Positions 50,580-62,073 of a stretch of DNA of 64,000 nt are shown here, piece by piece. The stretch comes from Sphaerodactylus townsendi. Lineage: Eukaryota. The notes below the pieces were generated by a model. It saw only the letters and a program-made list of their open reading frames with translations. It ran no database searches and had not been told where the DNA came from. Within the stretch, counting starts at the first letter, position 1; each line of letters starts with the position of its first letter. Made by a program: the position numbers and the translations under genes. The stretch covers positions 80,414,001-80,478,000 of the forward strand of contig NC_059431.1 in NCBI RefSeq assembly GCF_021028975.2, written 5' to 3'.

Positions 50580-51956
50580 ACGGTCCCTTATTCCCCTGGC
50601 TGTTCAGTTCCTTATGTAAAGGAACCTTGGTTCTCTAAGCATCTTTGAAATTAACTTGTACTTTCTGGGACCTTTCATTTACACACATGTTCTTCTAATG
50701 GATGGATGGGAAAGGATTCTCCCTCTGTTGAATCCTGAACCTGCAGGATATATTTCCATATCTGCAGCATTCTGGGAAAGCTCAGTTTAGAGCTCAGTTT
50801 TGTTGTCTTTGTTGCTTTGAGAGTGACTGGATAACTTTAATGTGTGCAGTTACAAATGTTGTACTTGGGCACAGTGTTTTGTAAGGTAGACAGAAGCATT
50901 ATTGGGAAACCAGTATTGCACTGTATTATTGTTATTTCATACTTCTAATAATCTTGACAATTTTTTAGAATGACTTAACAAAAGGCAGGTTCAGTCCCAA
51001 GAATCTTGCATTGTAACAAGCTGTTTTGGTTTTTCTGGGCTGTGTAGCTGTGGTGTAGTAAATTTTGCTGCTAACATTTTGCCCGCATTTATGGTTGGCA
51101 TCTTCAGAGGCATGCTATGGTAAGATGTCTATGACATGCCTGCTGAGATGCCAACTGTAACGTACCCAAGCACTTAGGAGCTCTTGTTCTCTGGAAGTGG
51201 AGGGCCAGTTCAGAGTGAGCTGTGCTTCTCTGAATTAAGTGCCAGGAAGGGCAGTGTTCAGTAAAGGAATCTGTACCAGAGCTCCTGGAGTTAAAGGTAG
51301 CACAGTAACACTGATTAATCACACTGGTGCCATGGTGATTTTTTTCTCTGATGAGAACCCCACTCAAATATGAAGCAGTGAAACTTCTGAGAGAAAGGGG
51401 AGTTATATAGAGAGGATTGGAGCTTCCTCAAGGAGAGTGGCCATCCTTCTAAGCATCATGCGAAAGAGACACTCTAAGGGAGAGTTTGTATTAGTGTCCA
51501 AAAAACTGTATGTGTTGTACTTACCTGAGAATAAAAAGTATGATTTTAAGAAAAAGGGCTAGATCGCCAAACTGAACTCTGTAACAACTATATTGAAGTA
51601 ACAGATTAATTTTATCTTGTGGCAAAGTGACAGTATCATCAGGAAATCACAAAGTCTGTAATTTGTATCAACTGGATAAGTTACTAAACAAAGTCTTGTA
51701 CATAGCAACTTCTCTAAAATCAGCTTCCTTTGTACCTATATATTTTTCCTCCTTAATTCTTTGCTAGATTATCACTTTTAAACTTGTTCCTGTAAATAAA
51801 ATCTTTCAATTTTTGCGTTCAATTTTATAATCCTCTGGTGCCATTTCTTTATTTACTTTGTGACAGAAAGACACAGGTAATTTTAGGTTTTTTTTCATGC
51901 TGCCTAAAAGACAAGTGACCTGGAAGAGCAGCTAAATACTATTTAGATGGCTTCTT

Positions 51957-51957
<1 letters not shown>

Positions 51958-51993
<36 letters not shown>
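51958..51993 (+). repeat. (GT)n microsatellite
   Basis: About 17 GT units. Confidence 0.95.
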
Positions 51994-51995
<2 letters not shown>

Positions 51996-54549
51996 AAAAC
52001 TGAAGGAGAAATATAAACTCTTAAGCATCCTCGCCACATTACTAAAATTTTTGTTCTATTAAAAAGTTGCTCAATCAGAGCTGTTTGGTCACTTAGAGAT
52101 TTTGGAGGGAAAAATTTCCCTCAGGGCATAGGCAGTTGGCAGATGCTTGTGTGTGAGAGAGCCATACCCTCTAAGACTAGGGGGTGCTTTGTTACACCAA
52201 CCATCAGTGGTGTAGTGCCAAGAGGGCAGGGGAGCGTGATGCACTGGGTGCGCTCGGGGGCGTGGCTGGGCGCAGTTCTCCCTTGCTCCGGTCCTGCCAA
52301 CCATAGATGCTGGCAAATCATTAGGAGCAAAAACTACCAGACCAGGGGCACACGGCCCAGAAAACCCACAACATCCATTTAATTCTTGCCGTGAAAGCTT
52401 TCAACAATACTTGCATTCTAACTTTACACTTGGAAAATGCTTAGGGGTGGGATACCACAAGGGATGAGTATGAGTGATGCAGTTTGATTCCATTTTTCTT
52501 TAATTGGTGATGACAGTGTATGTCCCCTAAGAACCAGGCTCTTTTAATCGATTATCTGTGCTACCTGAGTTGTGTGGTTTGTGCAGATATTTTGGATTGT
52601 GTGGGAAGCTGTTTTGTGCTGTTTCATACGTGAATGTGTGACCATATGCCTGAGAATAAGAGTACAAAAAGCTTGCTTGTCATAGTTCCAAACAGCAAGG
52701 AGTCCAGATTTCCTAGCATCTCAGTCTGAGTGTGTGTTGTGGTATATGCATATTTTGTGCTGCATACTGTGTGATACAGTTCTGATTTGAAACAGCTGCA
52801 TGTAGGATTGAGTGACTTAATTTTTCTGTGGAATTATATGCTTTGGGGCTCTTTGAAATATATATTTCAGTGTAAGGTATTTGTTAGGCTCCACTTAAAT
52901 ATATGAAGACTTGCTAATGCTCCCCTTAAAAGGTTTTTAATGTTATTTATATGTTATGTTTTGGCTATGACTAAAACTAACAGATTGTAAATGTAGCAAG
53001 ATCTCTCTGGGCTTGAGTCATTGGATCAGCCTCTTCTCAGAACATTTGTATTTACTTGTTTTGGGGTTTCTTGGTCTATTATTTTGGGTTGTAGGTATAA
53101 AGGCTACGGCTAGGCAAACAGGATCCAGGAGAATGTGGCTACCCAAAACAGCTTTTATTTCTGCCTAGCATATCACTTCCTTGCTGGAAGAAGTACTTAT
53201 TGTTGCAACAGGTTTGCTGTTCAGGCAGTTAAATCATGGCGGAAGCAGCAAAATAATTACACCAATCTCGAACTTTTATAGGAAAAAAATCCTCGTATTT
53301 TAGAGTTGAATATTTGGCAGTTGTAACAATGTCATTAAACATATGAAAAATGTGTTTTATCAATAACACTTGTGCTAATTAACAACTGAATGATAAGATG
53401 TAATTATACTGTGTAAACATAAATGCATTTGAATAAATGAACAATTTTTTTATTTGGAATTGAGATATTCTTTGCTGCCAACAAAGGTGGGTACAGCATG
53501 GTGAAAACAAAGGCAGTAGTAGACTTTGCTTCAATTTTCTTCCTATGATTGAAAGTGCTTCTCTCTTCCACGCTGGAGCAAGGGGTGTGTGTGGATGGGC
53601 ATGATAGAGGTTTATAGAATTAGGCAAAGTGGTTTGAAAGCCTTTTCTCCCTCACCCATAGTACTATAACTTGGGGGCACCCAAATAGGAGGCAGTACTT
53701 CTCTACTTGATGGGTAATTCAATTGTGAAATGCTCTACAGTAGTCATAGCGATGGTCTCTAGCTTGGATGTCTTTAAGAGTGAGTTAGATTCATGGAATA
53801 TAGACCATCAATGACTATTAGCTATAATGATGTAAGGGAAACTCAATTTTCAGAGGCAGAAAACCTCTGAATACCTGTGCTGGATGACTGTGGCCTATTT
53901 GTTGGTCCTCCAGGTTACCTGATTGGTTGTTCTGTGAAACAGGTTGGTGGACTAAATGGACCATCTAATCCAGCAAGACGTGTATAGCTTTCTCTTAATA
54001 GGGGGAGGATATATGCAATATCTTCCATCTAGCATTAGAGCCAGTAGATGTGTTGTAATACTGGGGCTGACTTCCCTACGTGAGGATAACTAGCATTGGA
54101 CACTGCTACCTAGTGCTTGTGGCAAATAGTACTATATTCACTGTAATTCATAATTGTCAGATTTTATTAGGTTGGTATTTTACATTAGCTGGCCTCTTTT
54201 ACATTAGCTGGCAGCTTTGTTCCTCAAGGTCTAGAAACTTTTTTGGCATCTAGAGAGTGGTTCCCAAACCTCCAGGCACACTGCCCCTTTGGTTCCATAA
54301 ACTCCTCTCCAGTGCCCCCTATCCTACCCTGTAAGCATTATTCAGAATGGTGGTTTGTATAACACACTAAGGAAGATAATGGCAATAAATATTGTTTGTT
54401 GTAAGAACCTGGGAGGGTGGTGGTCTTTATCTGAAACTGAAGACTTCTTACTAAATTATTGATGGTCTACTCATTTCTGTGTACTTGCATCTTTATTGGG
54501 TGGTCAATTTAAATAATTCGTCAGTATTACTTTTGAATGGCCATCTTTG

Positions 54550-54850
54550 AGAGCCAGTGAGGTTAGTAGTTAAGAGGAGGTGGACTCTAATCTTGAGAAC
54601 CTGGTTTGATTTGCTGCTTATCCACATGAGTGGCCGACTCTTATCTGGTGAATTGGATTTGTTTCCCTGTTCCTGTACACGCAGCCTGCTGTGCTAGTCA
54701 CTGTTCTTGGCTAATCACATTCTTCGGAGCTCTCTCAGCCCTACCTACCTCATAAAGTGTATGTTGGAGAACGAGAAAGGGAAGGGAGTTTGAAAGCTGC
54801 TTTGAGTCTCCTTACAGGAGATAAAGGCAGGGTATAAATCCAAATTCCTC
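54550..54850 (+). mobile_element. Squam3-like SINE (diverged)
   Basis: Similar to the 18440 copy through GGAGCTCTCTCAGCCC and ACAGGAG...TATAAATCCAAA. Confidence 0.7.
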
Positions 54851-55080
54851 TCCTTTCTCACACACAGGCAAGAGACAACCACCACATGAAAATATTTGGA
54901 TTCAACAGATTTATGTTTTAGGGGATTTTTCAGGTGTTATTTGAGGATTGTTTGCCAAAGCTGAAATTTGGATGCAAGTAGGGGGACCCATTTCTAAGTA
55001 AATGGTTTTTGGGAACACTTTTGTATGGCAGAAGTACTAGTAGAGAACGAGCAGACAGTGTGTTTAGGATGTTTCAAATA

Positions 55081-55798
55081 CCATATAGCCCCCCTCGACT
55101 TATACACGAGTCAGCTGTATTTTAAAAATATTTTAGGGTTTTTACTTTGTTGGCTGCCAGGGGGCGCAGTTTTTAGGCTAGCGGTGACACTCCTGATGAT
55201 ACCACCCAAGTTTGGTAAAGTTTGGTTCAAGGGGTCCAAAGTTATGGACCCCCAAAGAGGGTGCTCCATCCCCCATTGTTTCCTATGGAAGCTAATACCA
55301 GATGGGGCTACATTTTGAGGATCCATAACTTTGGACCCCCTGAACCAAACTGCACCAAACCTGGGTGGTATCATCAGGAGGGTCTCCTAAAGATACTCTG
55401 AAATGTTGGTACTGCTAACATAAATATTCCTCCCCTGACCAAAAATCCAGTTTTGAAGGATTTTAACTCTTGTGTTATGGCTTGGTTGCTGGTTGAGCTA
55501 AGGTTTTTGTACTTTTAAAGTTATTGTTGAGACCATATTGCTTTTGTTGACTCCCTTTTCCACTTACAGAGCTGGTTTACTGTTTTTCTTTGAAATAAAT
55601 ATTCAAAAACATTCTACCTACCGATGCCTCAATTAATGTAATTTTATTGGTATCTATTTTTATTTTTGAAATTTACCAGTAGCTGCTACATTTCCCATCC
55701 TCGACTTATAGGCGAGTCAATACGTTTTCCCAGTTTTTTGTGGTAAAATTAGGTGTCTCGACTTATATGCAGGTCGACTTATACATGAGTATATACGG
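55081..55798 (-). mobile_element. Tc2/pogo-like MITE (third copy, reverse orientation)
   Basis: Ends ...GAGTATATACGG|TA; reverse complement of the 1572 and 35393 copies. Confidence 0.85.
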
Positions 55799-56545
55799 TA
55801 CCTTAAAAAAAGAAACACTTTCTCATAATGTATTTCGATTCTGGCCTTCTCTAGTACCTTTGTTGCTTTCCTTTAGGCACCAACCAAAACCTATTTGCCC
55901 AAGATTTTAATTAATGGGGTTGATCTTTTAATAACTATTTTAGTCTTGAAACTTATTTTATGCTGTTAATTTTAACACTTATTTTCAGTGTTTTAACTTA
56001 TTTTAAGCTGTTTAAACTTAACTTATGTTAAGCTGTATTATGATCTCTTTTTAAATAATGCCGTGAGTTTTTGATGCAAAAATTTAGTCAGTATCTTTTA
56101 ACGTTTTGTTTTTATGTGAAAGCTGCCTTTGGCAGGTTTCTGCAGAGGAAGCATAAACTTCTTCAAAATAAATATTCCCTAGACTAAAAAGTCATCGGTT
56201 CACTATTTTTTGCATGGTGAGGGCATAGGCAGCAACTGTCTGTGGATATTTTGTGTTCAGTTTAGAAAGTTGGTTTTAGACTTGCATATTCCTTCTGTGC
56301 CCAGTTGGTCTCTTTCACTCTGCAGATGGGATAGGATCTTCAACTAAGGAAAGGGAAAGCAAGCCAGTGCTGGGATTTGCTTTGGGTAGAAGAAGGAGGG
56401 GTAACAGAATTGAGACCTAATAAGTACTAGAAGCACATTTCACTTTCTTGATCTAAACAAAGATTTTGCTTACTTTAATTAATGGTTCTTGCACCTACCC
56501 CCTTCCGAGAAAAGTGTCTGAAAATGTGTAGAGTTAGACTATTTG

Positions 56546-57895
56546 TTCTCCTGGAGGTGGAGGACATCTTGATGGGTGTTTCATACTCTGTTCTCTGGGA
56601 GGCAGGAACTACTTTTTTCCAACTTCTTGTCTTGCCAGCGGACTCCATTTTAGCCAGTATTTTTCCTGCCTCGTATGGGAGTGCATGGAACTACAGTGGC
56701 TCCTTAGCGATTGGTGCTTTATCGTTGTGTTAGAAAATGTTTGTCTGGTTTGCTGTGTGCCATGTCTTTCTCGTTGTCTATCCTTCCATTTTTGGTGATG
56801 TTTACCCTTCCCTTAGTGTTATTTTAAGGGGATAGGGGATAGAGAAGGTTGTTCAATCTTTTGACACCCTTTTCACTAGATAGACAAAATGGCTGCCTCA
56901 TTTTCTCCTCAAACGGAAAGCTTCTCCAGGAGTGCTGCAAAAGCCACAAGGGCCCGAAAACAGCTATCCCCCTCAGGAAACTGCATGGCTGACCCAGAGG
57001 AGGGCAATAATTCCCCCCCAGGAGGCTGCTTGGCTGACTGAGGGCAGGGCAACTGAGCCCAAGGAGGCCGTCTGGTTGGCCGAGGGCAGAGCAACCAGGA
57101 TCCAGCCGACCGAGGCCAGGGCAACAGAGCTCCAGGAAGTCAGCCAGCTGATCGTGGCTAGAGCGACCAGACTGCAGAAAAAGAAGAAGAAGAAGCGCAA
57201 AATGGAGAAATGCTGCAAGGGAACGCAAGCACCGACAACAGGCAAGCTGCACCAGTGGCTGAGCTTCCCCAGCCCCTATGTCCCATCGGAGGACAATGCC
57301 GAGAACAGGCAAGATCCATTTGCAGCAGGGGGAGCCTGATGCATAGGAAGTCACTCACAGCTCCAGTGAGACCTCTGGCCAGAGATGGCAGGGTTTCCCC
57401 CCAACGACTTTGTAGCCTTGCTAATGAGAATAGTGAAGAAGGTAGTTGAATCCTCTCACCAGGGAGCTTTACCAAGCAGTTCTTCCAGGAGGCTCTCTCC
57501 CTACTAGATCGAGGTCCAGGTCATCCTCCGTGGGTAACTTGGAAGGAAGGATACCTTCTCACAGGAATCCAGTAGCCTTCCCAGAAGAGGAACAGTGGAG
57601 TGAAGGGATGGGAGGAGATTGGGCTAACCATTTTTCTGACTCAGAGGAGAATCCCCCAGACTCTGCTGATCAGGCTCCACACTTCTTTAAGCTAAATGAC
57701 CTGCCTTTTCTAATTACCAAGGCCATAGTTGCTCTGGATCTTCAAGATCCAGAGTTTGATCTGGACCCCTTGGGGGACTCCACAGAAGCGGGCAAATCTA
57801 TTAAGGGAAGACCTAAAGGAAGCAAGCAGAACTTCCCTAATGTGGATTCCCAACCTGAGTGCTTCCCCATCCCGGAACTGTTTAGGAGTAGGATT
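56546..57895 (+). mobile_element. Older degraded DIRS element, 5' end and ORF1 part (continues at 63628)
   Basis: Starts TTCTCCTGGAGGTGG..CATCTTGATGGG like the young DIRS terminus; FFKLNDLPFLITKAIVALDLQDP...KSIKGRPKG...CFPIPELF is homologous to young ORF1 LFKVEQLPTLLAKTISALALHDP...KPIKGCPKG...FFPLPEFF; tandem AWLxEGRAT peptide repeats; in-frame stops. Confidence 0.85.
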
Positions 57896-58178
57896 TTTAA
57901 AAAATCACATAAACAGCAAAAAAAAACCCTCGCACTTAACTACAGCTGGAGTAATTTACTAACTAAAAACTGCTCAGCAGCGTTGAGATGCAAGCTCATT
58001 CCAATTTGGAGGAATTCAAAACATTTAGAGCAACTTATTCAAGCTTGATGGAATTATTATGAGAAACGGCAGAAGGTTAAAAATATGATAAAAGTTAATA
58101 AATATTTGGTAAAAGTTAATAAATATTTGATAAAAGACTTGCGGAGAAGGTAAAAGCATGCTTCTCTAGGGTGGTTCC

Positions 58179-58270
58179 GGCCATCTTGATGGGTTGTACT
58201 TCTTTACCAATCGCTAGTCAGGCAGGAAGAGCTTTTGGTGACTTCCTGTTGGCGCCAAAACCCAGTATCT
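58179..58270 (+). repeat. DIRS left inverted terminal repeat
   Basis: Exact reverse complement of 63458-63549. Confidence 0.95.
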
Positions 58271-58457
58271 TCCTGCCTACGCTAGTTAGAGCAGCAATTT
58301 CGTCAGGCTCCTTGCAGTTTTTCTTCGTCCCTTCTTTTCTGTGGATTTCTTGTGTATTCCTTCCCTTCGTGGATTGTGAGTTTTTTCCCCGTTTGTCCTT
58401 CCCTCCGTCTCCAGTTTTTTACCTCAGCGGAGGAGTTTTTTCTTGCCCTCAGGGGCC

Positions 58458-60185
58458 ATGGCCACGGCGCCTTTTTCCCCGCCCAGGGAGGGCTTCTGCA
58501 GATCCACTGCAGAAAACACCAGGGCAGCGGCCCGGGCTTTGCGCTCGCCCCCCCCCCGTAGCGGCGGTGCCGAGCGAGCGGAGCAGACCCGCGCCTCGAT
58601 GACTGGCCATCGGGCCCGTCAGCGCAACGCCTCCCGCTCACCAGGGGAGAGAGGAACGAGGCGCGCAAGTTCAGCCGGCCCGTGTACGGGCCGCCAAGAA
58701 CTAGCAGGCAGCAGCCGCGGCAGGGAAAAAGACGCGGGAACTCATCCCGCCGAAGGAGGGCCGCGCCGCATCGACTCTGCCGTTTCCTCCGCCCGCGCAG
58801 CGGACAGCCTGGCCGATCCTTCTCGACGCAGATGCACCGACTTGAGGGACTTCGATCTTTATGGGCAGGATTTGGCGGTACCGGGCCCATCCACACGGGG
58901 GGAGGATATTCCCAATGATTGGAGCCAGTTTTCCCCTCGGCAGTTAGTGGCATTGATGCACTCCTCCATTAGGGAGCAGGTTTTGCATCAGATTCCCCCC
59001 CCTTCCCTGGGAAAGGAGAGGGCGCGCCACAGAGACAGATCCCCTAGGTCTCCCAGAAGATCAGACAGAGACTGGTTAGCCCTCCCTTATGGTTCTGACA
59101 TCAGTGACATTAGTGAGGGGGAACTGTCAGGATCGGATCATTTTTCTGACCCAGAGCCCCCTGCCCCTGAGCCAACAGACCAAAGTCACCGGCTCTTTAA
59201 AGTTGAGCAGCTCCCTACTTTGCTCGCGAAAACCATTTCCGCTTTGGCGTTACACGACCCAGAGGACGCTGAGGACCCGAACTCCACCCAGCCCTCCAAA
59301 CCCATCAAGGGGTGCCCTAAGGGGCTGACCTCATCCTTCCCCGCGGAGGATGAGGTGGCCAAATTTTTTCCGCTACCTGAATTCTTCGAGCGTAAATTCA
59401 GAAAGGAGTGGATTAATCCAGCCTCAAATAAGGGCTTTCCTTCTGTTTTTAACAAGTTATACCTTGCCCCAGGACATCTTCACGGCCTCATTAAAACCCC
59501 GCTTGTAGATGGTCCTGTCACTGCCCTGCATTCAGGGGGCCTAGTGCACAGGGATGGGGAGGGCAGCATTAGGGACCCTGTTGACAGAAAAGCTGAGGCT
59601 AGCTTACGTAGGGTCCATGAGGGCTCCGCCATGGCTGCCAGGATCCTAGCTCCTTCGGCTACGGTGGCCAGAGCCACCCTGGTCTGGCTGAAACGGCTGT
59701 TGGCCATCATCCCGCCCCAGGACCAGGGTATTCGTGAGAGTGTTGAAAGAGTGATTATGGCCGTGTCCTTCCTCGCGGATTCCACTCTTGACGCTTTTTT
59801 GACCTCGTCGCGCATCATGGCATCGGCGGCAGTCACCAGGCACCTGGTTTGGCTCAAGCCTTGGCAGGCTGACAGCCTCTCCAAGACGGTGGTCGCCAGC
59901 TACGATTACCAGGCCGGCATTCTCTTTGGCTCTGAATTGGAAAAGATCCTGGTGGAAACAAAGGACCGAAAAAAGACTATGCCCCGCTACGTCAGAGCTG
60001 ACAAGCCCAGGTTCGCCCACAAGCCAGCCTTTCGGTCCTTTCGGTCGTCCTTTCGGCCGCAACGGGTAGGTAGACGGTCCACCTGGCAGGGTCAGAGTTC
60101 CTTTCGGAAACGACAGGACTTCAGAGGACACGTCAGAGGAGGAAAGTCCTTCCGCCCTGACCTTGCCCAGGGCAACAAGGCATGA
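58458..60185 (+). CDS. DIRS ORF1 (gag-like)
   Basis: First in-frame ATG in GCCATGG context at 58458; uninterrupted; position upstream of RT and PVDRKAE..L / R.LVWLKPW / GILFGSEL motifs typical of vertebrate DIRS ORF1. Confidence 0.85.
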   Translation: MATAPFSPPREGFCRSTAENTRAAARALRSPPPRSGGAERAEQTRASMTGHRARQRNASRSPGERGTRRASSAGPCTGRQELAGSSRGREKDAGTHPAEGGPRRIDSAVSSARAADSLADPSRRRCTDLRDFDLYGQDLAVPGPSTRGEDIPNDWSQFSPRQLVALMHSSIREQVLHQIPPPSLGKERARHRDRSPRSPRRSDRDWLALPYGSDISDISEGELSGSDHFSDPEPPAPEPTDQSHRLFKVEQLPTLLAKTISALALHDPEDAEDPNSTQPSKPIKGCPKGLTSSFPAEDEVAKFFPLPEFFERKFRKEWINPASNKGFPSVFNKLYLAPGHLHGLIKTPLVDGPVTALHSGGLVHRDGEGSIRDPVDRKAEASLRRVHEGSAMAARILAPSATVARATLVWLKRLLAIIPPQDQGIRESVERVIMAVSFLADSTLDAFLTSSRIMASAAVTRHLVWLKPWQADSLSKTVVASYDYQAGILFGSELEKILVETKDRKKTMPRYVRADKPRFAHKPAFRSFRSSFRPQRVGRRSTWQGQSSFRKRQDFRGHVRGGKSFRPDLAQGNKA

Positions 60186-62073
60186 CTGCCCCGACATACC
60201 GATAGGAGGCCGGCTTCGACACTTCCAACATCAATGGACGGCCCCTTTCACCGACCAATGGATTCAGGAGATCGTTTCCTCCGGCTACTCCTTAGAGTTC
60301 CGCTGCTTGCCACGGGACCGGTTCCTCCCCTCACCCATCAGTTTGAAACCGGAAAAGGTCGCCAGGTTGAAGTCAGCGATTTCTCACCTGCTTTCCATCC
60401 GAGCAGTCGAACCAGTGCCCTTTGGCCAGGAGGGAGTGGGGGTCTACTCCCATTTTTTCACTGTCCCCAAAAAGAACGGGGACTCCAGGGCCATCCTCAA
60501 TCTCCGTCACGTGAATCGTTTCCTTCGCAAGTTTCGCTTCCGCATGGAGACGCTCAGATCGACTGTAGCGGCGATTCAACAGGGCGATTTCCTGACTTCT
60601 CTCGACCTGAAGGATGCATACCTGCACATCCCAATTTGCCCCCCACACTCCCGCTTCCTTCGTTTCGCTCTGGGAAATCTACATTTCCAATACGTGGCTC
60701 TTCCCTTCGGCCTGGCGACTGCGCCCCGGGTGTTTACCAAGGTTTTGGTCGCTCCGATAGCCCTCCTGCGCAGCCAGGGGGTCCACATCCACCCCTATCT
60801 GGACGACCTTCTCCTTCGGTCCAGGTCCAGAGCGCAAGCGTCCAGGGATGTCGATTCGGTGCGGAGAACGCCGTCGAACCATGGTTTTGTCGTCAACCTG
60901 AGCAAGAGCTCTGTCACCCCCGCCCAGAGGATGGAGCACCTTGGTGCTCTGATAGATACCTCCTCCTGCACCCTCTTCGTGCCTCCAGCCAAGGTGAAAA
61001 AGATCCAGGAGTTTTGTTTCAGGGTGCTACGGGTCAGATCCACGACCCTGCTCCAGCTTGCCAGCCTGTTAGGGCTCCTGATGTCCACCATAGACCTCAT
61101 CCAATGGGGCAGGGCCCATGCTCGGCCTCTTCAGGCTCTACTGCGTCCGCATGCGTCGCGCATCATCCGGAGGAAAGACCGAGTGCTCCCCCTGTCGCCC
61201 TCAGCGCGGGCCAGTCTCAGCTGGTGGACTTCAGCGAGCAATCTGAGCGGGGGGAAGGTGTTTGCGGCTCGGCAGCAACTTCACATCTTCACCGACGCCA
61301 GCCTCAGGGGGTGGGGGGCCAAGTTGAACCAACAGTTTGCCCAGGGTCTCTGGACCCCCTCTCAGGCGTCTCTACCCATCAATGTCCTGGAAATCAAGGC
61401 CATACTCCTAGCCCTTCGGTCCTTCAGAGCCAGTATTCTACACCGACATGTTGTGGTGCACACCGACAACGTTTCTTCCAAATGTTATCTAAATCATCAG
61501 GGGGGGTCCCGATCCTCCCAGCTCCACAGGGAGGCCTACCGGGTCCTGCAGTGGGCGGAAGCAAACCTGACCTCCCTGAAGGCGGAACATGTTCGGGGGT
61601 GCCTCAACACGGAGGCGGACTGGCTCAGTCGGACAAGGTTGTCGAATGCCGAATGGAGGCTCAAGCCTCAGGTCTTCAGTCAAATCGTGTCCAGATTCGG
61701 AAGGCCGGTGATAGACCTGTTCGCCACTCACCTGAACGCGCAGATCAGCGTCTTCATCACTCGCTTCTTCCACCCTCAAGCGACCGCCATGGATGCTCTG
61801 TCAGCTCATTGGCCGACCGGTCTCCTCTATGCTTTCCCTCCCCTAGCCCTGCTGCACAGGTTGCTTCGGAGAGTCCAGGAGGAGGGGAGGGAAATCATTC
61901 TGGTGGCACCGAACTGGCCCAGGAGGTCGTGGTACTCCATGCTTCAGAAACTCTTCATAACGCCACCGTTCCTTCTTCCAGTCACTCAAGATCTGCTGTC
62001 ACAAGGGCCCCTTCTCCACCCGGATCCAGGGTGGCTCAAGCTGACTGCATGGCTCTTGAGCGGAGGGGGTTGA
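60163..62073 (+). CDS. DIRS reverse transcriptase / RNase H / Dam-methylase-like domain ORF
   Basis: LDLKDAY, LPFGLATAPRVF, YLDD; RNase H FTDAS, INVLE, HTDN, NTEADWLSR; C-terminal DLFAT...YAFPP. The true start is unclear (no ATG at the ORF start). Confidence 0.95.
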   Translation: MPRATRHDCPDIPIGGRLRHFQHQWTAPFTDQWIQEIVSSGYSLEFRCLPRDRFLPSPISLKPEKVARLKSAISHLLSIRAVEPVPFGQEGVGVYSHFFTVPKKNGDSRAILNLRHVNRFLRKFRFRMETLRSTVAAIQQGDFLTSLDLKDAYLHIPICPPHSRFLRFALGNLHFQYVALPFGLATAPRVFTKVLVAPIALLRSQGVHIHPYLDDLLLRSRSRAQASRDVDSVRRTPSNHGFVVNLSKSSVTPAQRMEHLGALIDTSSCTLFVPPAKVKKIQEFCFRVLRVRSTTLLQLASLLGLLMSTIDLIQWGRAHARPLQALLRPHASRIIRRKDRVLPLSPSARASLSWWTSASNLSGGKVFAARQQLHIFTDASLRGWGAKLNQQFAQGLWTPSQASLPINVLEIKAILLALRSFRASILHRHVVVHTDNVSSKCYLNHQGGSRSSQLHREAYRVLQWAEANLTSLKAEHVRGCLNTEADWLSRTRLSNAEWRLKPQVFSQIVSRFGRPVIDLFATHLNAQISVFITRFFHPQATAMDALSAHWPTGLLYAFPPLALLHRLLRRVQEEGREIILVAPNWPRRSWYSMLQKLFITPPFLLPVTQDLLSQGPLLHPDPGWLKLTAWLLSGGG

